A stretch of 64,000 nucleotides of DNA, taken from the human T2T-CHM13v2.0 reference genome, Homo sapiens. The notes beneath the pieces are model-generated. The model did no database searches. It worked only from the letters and a program-made list of their open reading frames with translations, and was not told the DNA's origin. Positions 56,750 to 64,000 of the stretch are shown piece after piece. Position numbers and translations under genes: made by a program. The stretch is taken from assembly GCF_009914755.1 (NCBI RefSeq), contig NC_060931.1; one strand, given 5' to 3'. How positions within the stretch are numbered: position 1 is the first letter of the stretch; each line of letters begins with the position of its first letter.

Positions 56750-57619
56750 CTGGGAAGAAGAAGGAAGAAAGAGCGTAACATAAAGAACACATCCACAAAG
56801 TTAAAAGGTGAACCAAACTTTACAAGCTTCAAATAATCTTCAAAGAACAAACATCAAATTAATGGTCTAATTTAATATGGAAAAAGTTTACCTCAATTAA
56901 AACTTACCACATGTCATGCCAAAACATCACTTTAGAATACCACTGGGTTTTGAGAAAGCTCAAACTTTATTATATAAGTAATTGCACATTAACTGTCTAA
57001 CTGGGCACATTAACTTTCTAACTGGATAAACTAACCTGCCCCCGCCACCCTGTCCAAGAAAAAAAACCATCTCAACTCCCCACTGCAGGATTCCTTAGGG
57101 AGGACAGTATTACTCTTTAGCTACATTGAAACCAAGCAAACCCCATATAACTTCTAAAAAGACCTCATATGCGTTTTATAACTGGGATCCATGTTACGTT
57201 TCTGTAAATAGACCAAATTTCAAAGCTTAAAAATGCATTCTTTAATTATTTAATTTAGCATGATGCAAGCATTCCATTAGAAGACAGCTTACCCTTTAAA
57301 TGTAAATATTGACCATGACTATTTTTTGGCTAAATCACGAAAGTATTATTAGAAGCTTTAAAACTAAAACAAAAGTATGTGCTATATGATTTTAAGATGA
57401 GACTTTGCATAAAACTTATTTTTCTTCTCAGGGTCAATATATACAAAGCATATAAATGAGACTCAGAAATATTAAAAATTCACATTTTCTGAATTATGAA
57501 ACTGCAAATAATGCCGATGTGTATACAATGCTGTTTAACATCAGCAACCCTTTACACATGTGACAGAATAAAACTTCCCTATCTGGTATGATCAGAAGTC
57601 TAGTGTTCCCACTGGTAGT

Positions 57620-59910
57620 TTCCAGATGGTCTAGATAAACAAACTGGTACAGCTATAAAATAAAAGATTATTCAGTAATAAAGATAAATAAGTTCTCACC
57701 ATAAAGAGACATAGCGAAACCTTAAATGCATATTGCTAAGTGAAAGAAGTCAATTTGAAAAGGATACATACTCTATTCTTCTTCTTTAAAAAGGCAAAAC
57801 TACGGAAACAGTAAAAAGATCAGTGGTTGCCAGGGATTACAGGGAACGGAGGGAAGAAGGGAGAAATGAATAGGTGGAGCACAAGCGGTTTTTAGGAGAG
57901 GATAACTATTCCGTATCATACTATAATGGAAGATAAGTTGTTGGGATTCACTCAGGATAGTGGCAGAAATATTAAAGGGAAATATTAGGGAAAGTTATAG
58001 GGAATAGTCACAAACCTTTTTGGAAGGTCAAAAGGTTACATAGCTTGTAATAGCTGAACAGGCCGAAGACAGCCGGTTCTTACCTTAGAGCATTAAGTTA
58101 CAGAGTAAATACTAGGGACAATAGAGGCTTCCCCAGTTAAGTCTGTTTACCCTACCTCTGTTAACTAACCTTTAAGTCAGATGGCCCTCTGGGGGGGCAG
58201 GGATATTGCCCCCAGTGATATTTACTTTAAACCTCGGTACCTGAGCTTTAATCATTCATAGAACTACTCACTTAACCATGTTAATTATCCAAAAGTGTGT
58301 GGACTCAGAGCTTCTGTTGTTAATTGTATACGAAATAAATGCCTGGAGTGTGAACTACTCAGGGCCAGCGGCAGTGACAAACCTCTCTCGGTGTGTAGGC
58401 AGTCGGACACTCAGCAGTACTGGCAAAGCAATATCTGTGTGTCAGTGTACGTTTCATTCATCCATCTTTTAGGTCAAGGTCTGCAGGCAGACCCCCGCAG
58501 CTAATGCCCTCTTGTGAGGAGCAATACCTCAATAAATGCCATGACACATTTGTGGAAACTCATAGAATGTACAACACAAAGACTGAACTCTAATGTAAAC
58601 TACAGACTTTACTTGATAATAATGTATCAATATTGGCACAAAAATTGTAACAAATGCACCATACTAATGCAAGTTAATGTTGATAATAGGGGAAAGGGGG
58701 TGGTTATATGGGAACTCTATACTCTCCATTCAATTTTTCTGTAAACCTAAAACTGCTGTTAAAAATATGTCAATTTCAGAAAATCAATGAAAGAAAAGGT
58801 TTTTTAATATATGAATCCAGAACAACGGGAAAGCTACATGAAGGAGAGAGTGGATCTCAAGGCCTACCTCACACTACACACAAAAATTATTTGAGAATGA
58901 TCACAGACTTAAATGGAAAAGCTAAAACTAAAAGCTTGTAGAAGTCGACAGAACAGTATCTGCACAACTTTTCGGCAGACAAATTTCTTTGATAGGGTCC
59001 AGAAAGCAATAGTCATAAACATATAAAATGATAAATTGGACCTCATCAAAATTAAAAGTAACTGTTCATCAAATAATACCATTACAAGTTAACAGACAAG
59101 TCACAGATTGGAAGAAAATATTCAAAATACTTATCTGAAAAGAATTCATTTTAAGACTAAAAAGAACTGCTATAAGTCAATAATAAAAATACAAAAACCC
59201 AATTAAAAATGGGCAAAATACTTGAACAGGCCCTTCTTACTGAAATATATGAAAAATTGCTTATGAGGGAAACGGAAATGCAAATTAAAACCATAATGAG
59301 ATACTACTATATGCCCATCAGTACAATTAAAGGACAATAGCAAATGTTAATAACGATACAGAGTAAATGAAGTGTTGAATGGGAAATCAGTCTGACAATG
59401 GTTTTATATAAATACCCTGTGAACTAGCTCTTCTGCTTCTAGTTATTTACTTAAGAGAAATGAAAATGTATGTTTTCATTCATATGTCTGAAAATATATG
59501 TTTTCAATAGCTTTATTCATAAAAGCCCCAGCCTGGAATCAATCCATCAATGAAGACAGATAATTATATTGTGATATAGTCATATAACTGAATACCATGA
59601 GCAATAAAAAGGAACAAACTACCAATACACACAACAGCATGGATGAAACTCAAAAACATGCTGATCAAAAGGCGGCAGATTTTAAGAATGTATAATGAAT
59701 AATTCCATTAATATGGAACTATAGAATAAGCAAAACCAACTTATGATAAAATCAGAAGAGTAATTATATCTGCAATAAAGAGAAGGAATTGGGCCAGGAA
59801 AGGGCATGAAGATCCTTTCTAAGGAGATGGAATGGTATACAGACCTGACGAAATTCACTGAACTGAACAATATGATCTGTGCATTTTATTATATGTAAAT
59901 TTTATCTCAC
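57620..59910 (+). mobile_element. Old L1M 3' fragments (intron 2), interrupted by an LTR
   Basis: 'cttaaatgcatattgctaagtgaaagaagtcaatttgaaaagg', 'ataaattggacctcatcaaaattaaaa', 'caaattaaaaccataatgagatac'. Confidence 0.7.
57939..58531 (+). mobile_element. LTR22-like (HML-5/HERV-K22) solo LTR
   Basis: TGTTGGGATTCACTCAGG...AATACCTCA, 593 bp. 6-bp TSD ataagt/ataaat (beta-retrovirus-like length). AATAAA at ~58334. Confidence 0.8.
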
Positions 59911-60078
59911 CAAATATTAATAATAATAATTGAAGGAAAAGTGGGTGGTCAAAAATATTTGAGGAGTGGATCTTGTAGTAGGTAGATTAAAAGGGATATT
60001 TTTCATTTCATACTTTTTCTACAATCTGTTATTTCCATGTACATGTATATATGTTATTTCCGTGTATGTGTGTGTGTA

Positions 60079-60363
60079 TTTTTACAGACAGGGTCTCACT
60101 GTTGCCTAGGCTGGAATGCATTGGCGCAATCATAGCTCACTGCAGCCTTGAACCCCTGGGCTCAGGTGATCCTCCTACCCCAGCCTCCTGAGTAACTGGG
60201 ACTACAGATGCATGCCACCATGACTGGCTAATTTTTTATTTTGTGTAGAGATGAGGTCTCACTATGTTGCCCACGTTGGTCTTAAACTCCTGGCCTCAAG
60301 TGATCCTCCTGCCTCAGCTTCCCAAAATGCTGTGATTGTAGGTGTGAGCCACTGTGGCTGGCC
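60079..60363 (-). mobile_element. AluJ
   Basis: Diverged antisense dimer with J-type 'catagctcactgcagccttgaac' and 'tcaagtgatcctcctgcctcag'. Confidence 0.9.
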
Positions 60364-61248
60364 TACATGTTTATATTTAAAATAATAATTTACACAAAGT
60401 AGATGAAAGTTAAGTTTGTTAATTTCCAAATACAAATCTACTGCCAACTTTAGTAGTCCAGTTATAAGATCCCAGTTTAACAGGCAAAGGATACTACTTG
60501 TATTAATTTGATATTGAAAAATGAAAAAAATTGGAAGTGTCTTGTGGGTTTTGTCATGGTTAAATTGATCTATATTTTTATGAACAATATCAAGGGTTAA
60601 CAGTTCTGATCTATTAAAATATTTATCAGCTAAGGAAAAGAACATATACACACACATACAAGTATACATACGAACATGTGTATACACACAGAGAACTGCT
60701 GGAGGAAGAGAGGAGAAAGTAAAGAGTAAAAAAGGATCTATTTCAGCAGATTTTGTATCAATATCTGCATTTCCAGCTTATGAAAAACTGGAAGACCTTT
60801 CCCACAGAGCTTCCATTTCCAAGGCACAGACTGGCTGCCCTGTCCTCTGTCATTGATAAATTTTCATTACTGCCTGGCCCATTTGAATTCCTGTTTCATA
60901 TACTGCTATATTCTTTGAATCCTTTATAAAGAAATAGTATTTGTGTAGAATTGAGAACTTTTGAAATAATAATGATAATTGATTTTTTTGCCCTTAAAAT
61001 CATTCTGCTACTATGAAAAGAATAAAGTGGATGGGACATATATCGTGTGCATGTATGTGTTTTAGGAGGATATTCAAAAACTTACCTACGTTTGAATGAT
61101 ACAAATTAATTTTTCCTTAAAAATAATATTTATTTACTCACAATAGCAATTTATTTGAGTCCCAAGGTATATATTATCTCTTAAAATGTTCCAAGTTACA
61201 TAATTATAGAATTATACAAAGGGAGCTAGAAAAAAGTGATACACATAC

Positions 61249-61390
61249 CATAAGCTTCTGCCCTGGTTCAGGGCAGAAAATAACAAAATCGGCTTCAATG
61301 TTAAGATGAATGTGTCCTTGATCATCATAAATATCTCCAAGCTCTCCCACAACTTTGATGTTATCATATGCAATAGGGACACCTAAAAGG
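61249..61390 (-). CDS. POLR1F: RPA43 exon 2 (not in the ORF track)
   Basis: ctttttacag|C...ATG|gtatgt. Encodes LLGVPIAYDNIKVVGELGDIYDDQGHIHLNIEADFVIFCPEPGQKLM. 142 nt, with a phase 0 join to exon 3. Confidence 0.96.
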
Positions 61391-61431
61391 CTGTAAAAAG
61401 AAAAAGTTGAAAATGATACCTTTTATCGTCT

Positions 61432-61592
61432 TTTATTTATTTATGTTTTTGGAGACAGGGTCTTGCTCTGTCACCCAGGATAGGGTGCAGTGACATCAAC
61501 AGGGCTCACTGCAGCCTCGACCTCCTGGGCTCAATTGATCCTTCTGCCTCAGCCTCCCAAAGTGCTGAGATTATAGGTGTGCACCACTGCAC
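61432..61592 (-). mobile_element. FLAM/AluJ monomer
   Basis: 'gagacagggtcttgctctgtcacccagg...cctcccaaagtgctgagattataggtgtg'. Confidence 0.88.
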
Positions 61593-61827
61593 TCTTTCAA
61601 ACCAGGCCATTTTCATACTGATTAGATATTCTATCCAAAACTTACACATCTCCTAAATACACCACCTATGTCAAAAACAATAGTATATGATTAGTCTGTA
61701 ACAACTTTAGTAGTCCCATTTCACCAATGGATTCTGATGTGTTGGCTAAGTTAAAATGATGACTCAAGATACACAGAAACAAAATGCCCAATTAATGCAT
61801 TAGCAGTAAATCAACTCTTCTTCCCTG

Positions 61828-61906
61828 GCCAAGTCCCATTCTTTCTATCCTAGCATGACTATTTGAATTCTTCAAGTTATACTAGGATAGAAAGAAGGGA
61901 CTTAGC
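61828..61906 (-). ncRNA. MIR3146: microRNA hairpin MIR3146 (mature about 61836-61857, CAUGCUAGGAUAGAAAGAAUGG)
   Basis: Near-perfect inverted repeat gccaagtcccattctttctatcctagcat / atactaggatagaaagaagggacttagc. It matches the recalled miR-3146 sequence, which is hosted in TWISTNB. Confidence 0.85.
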
Positions 61907-62240
61907 AAAGAAAATGTGTATCTCTGTGGACATGACTGAATAAGAGGCAATTTTGGTATTATTCACCATTACTGAATTTCAGTACTTGACGGCGTATAAC
62001 AAGGGAAGCATTACGGTTAAAGCTGAAGCCCCTGAATTTTAAAGTCAATGACTTAATAGAGAAAATCCCAAACTTCAACTGTTGATAGTAAATGCAAATG
62101 TTAATACAACTACATTATTTAGGAACTGACTGACACTTTAGTCTACAAATGTAACAGTCATGATTAAGGGACAACTATTTTTCAAACTGTTATTTCTTAG
62201 CTTTTAAGGAATTATAACTATTAAGGAGAAAGACCTAGTG

Positions 62241-62352
62241 GTGGGAGGCGGAGGGTGTGGTGAGCTGAGATCTCAGCACTGCACTCCAGCCTGAGCGACA
62301 GAGGGAGACTCCATCTCAAACAAAGGAACAAAAAACAACAAAACAAACAAAA
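62241..62352 (+). mobile_element. Alu 3' fragment
   Basis: 'gggaggcggag...gagctgagat...cactgcactccagcctgagcgacagag...gactccatctc' plus an A-rich tail. Confidence 0.85.
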
Positions 62353-64000
62353 CCGGGTGGCTTCATTACCACACCCACTACTTGTTGGAGAAAACTTCCC
62401 TGACTCCCCCAGGCAAAGCTGAAATCATTCCTCTACTCCTATAGGCCAACTTTCTCACTGTTCTTAATCTAATTGTATTGAACCTATCTGTATATATGTT
62501 TGAATTTCACACATGACTCTAAGGCCTTTGATAGCAAAGAATATTTTTTGTTGAACTCAAACTTCTAACAATTCACATAAAATAAGGGAAAGAATTTATC
62601 CCTAACAGATGTTGTTTAGTAAAACAGCCAGAAGCCACAGAAAATACACTTTAAGAATTACCAAATTAGGAAAACCCTAACTCAGAGACTTACTCGGGAA
62701 AGCAATTTTCTGAGGTTTTAATTTCCGCATGTGGCATTCCTAAGCTGGAATCATCCTATCACTAAGACAATGTTAGGGACACAGAAAACAGAGAATAGGA
62801 AGAAAAATTAACTGCCATACTAGACAGAAAAACAAATTATCAAGACTTTATTTCCGCTAATCAAAGCCTTGTCTCTCAAGTATCAGAGTGATTCTCAAGG
62901 GGAAGGAGGGCTGTGGTCCCCTGGTGGAAGGGGGGACATGTGGAAATTTGTGATACTAGTCATGGTTATCACAAACTTTGCAGAAGCCAGGGAAGAAAAG
63001 AGTCTGTCATGTACAGGACAGTCTGATACAATGAGGAAATGTCCTTCGCTCTGACTTTTGAATAAAAGGACAAATCTATTTACAAATAGCTAGGCACCTA
63101 ATTTAACTCTTAAAACACATCAACACAAAGTCATCTTTGCACAGTTTTAATATATATTAAAATTTTCAGGAACTTAGCAGTATATAAATTCAAGGGGGAT
63201 TTTGTTAAAAGTCATCAGATATGTGAACACAGGCACCCAACACTATATACTTTTTCCTCCTTCACTTTTGTTTTTCAGATACCATCCTAACTAGGTATCA
63301 GGGCAAGGTGGTAGCCTCACTTCAGTTCTTTAATACTATATGTTCAATGTTTTGTCCCTTATTAGTAATGCATAGTTCAAAGTGTGGTGCCTGATTTGCA
63401 CTTGAATAAACAGCATACCCAAGTAATATGGAAGGAGTGGTGTCCAGATCTGTTCAGAGCCACTCTGCGTGATTTCCCCCTCTAGCCTGTCAAGTGCAGG
63501 CAGTACTGGTTACAGAAAACAAGATAGTTGCTTGTGTTTCCAAATGTTATGACTACTTTGTATATCCTTTAATTTCTCAAATCCATCCTCTCTAATCATT
63601 TTCTCTTGGACAATTATAACATTATCTTAATTCCTCTCCTTGTCCACTTTCTCATCCTATTTGGTAGCTAACCATTAAGTAAATGTTGTTTCTTAAACTG
63701 CAAATCTGATATGCCAGGGACTGCAGAGAAGTACTAGTTTCTCAAAAGTGTGCCAAGTCTCAGCGTTAAAGGGACTGAGAGGACGGAGCACTAACCCTGC
63801 TTAAGAAAACAGAAACACAAAAGGAAAAACAACAACAACCCCACCTTACCCCCAAAATAACAAAAACTGGCAATGGCAGGAAGGGAAAAGCAAAATGGCC
63901 ATCCTCTCTGAGTCATCTTTGACCCCCTGCCCTCCTCTCCAATGGCATCCAATGCCTTTCCCCTGACATAAACCTTATTCTACTTATATAATAGATACAG

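Noticed and set aside
56984-57025. 21-bp tandem duplication (similar small duplications at ~21472, ~46511 and ~56448)
   Set aside because: Ordinary slippage duplications with no sign of function.

Overview
This is AT-rich primate DNA, most likely human, and mostly interspersed repeats. The only cellular protein gene is POLR1F (TWISTNB; RNA polymerase I subunit RPA43) on the minus strand. Coding exons 2-4 and a ~2.9 kb 3'UTR lie at 51.9-61.4 kb, exon 1 lies beyond the right edge, and the MIR3146 hairpin sits in intron 1. Left of the gene there are four main structures. (i) A three-tier nest at 5.3-21 kb: an old L1M, an L1PA13-16 inside it, and an antisense HERV9/LTR12 provirus inside that, fused by an apparent large deletion. 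(ii) An L1M/DNA-transposon mosaic at 25-32 kb. (iii) A near-full-length young L1PA2/3 at 39.8-45.9 kb that has no TSD and carries a very young AluY with an adjacent 15-nt deletion. (iv) A solo LTR12 with a mutated poly(A) signal, pointing into that promoter-truncated L1. I found no convincing new biological system; the findings are structural and regulatory hypotheses about retroelements. Repeat subfamily and gene names come from recalled consensus sequences, not from a search. Most ORF-track entries are repeat-derived or spurious.
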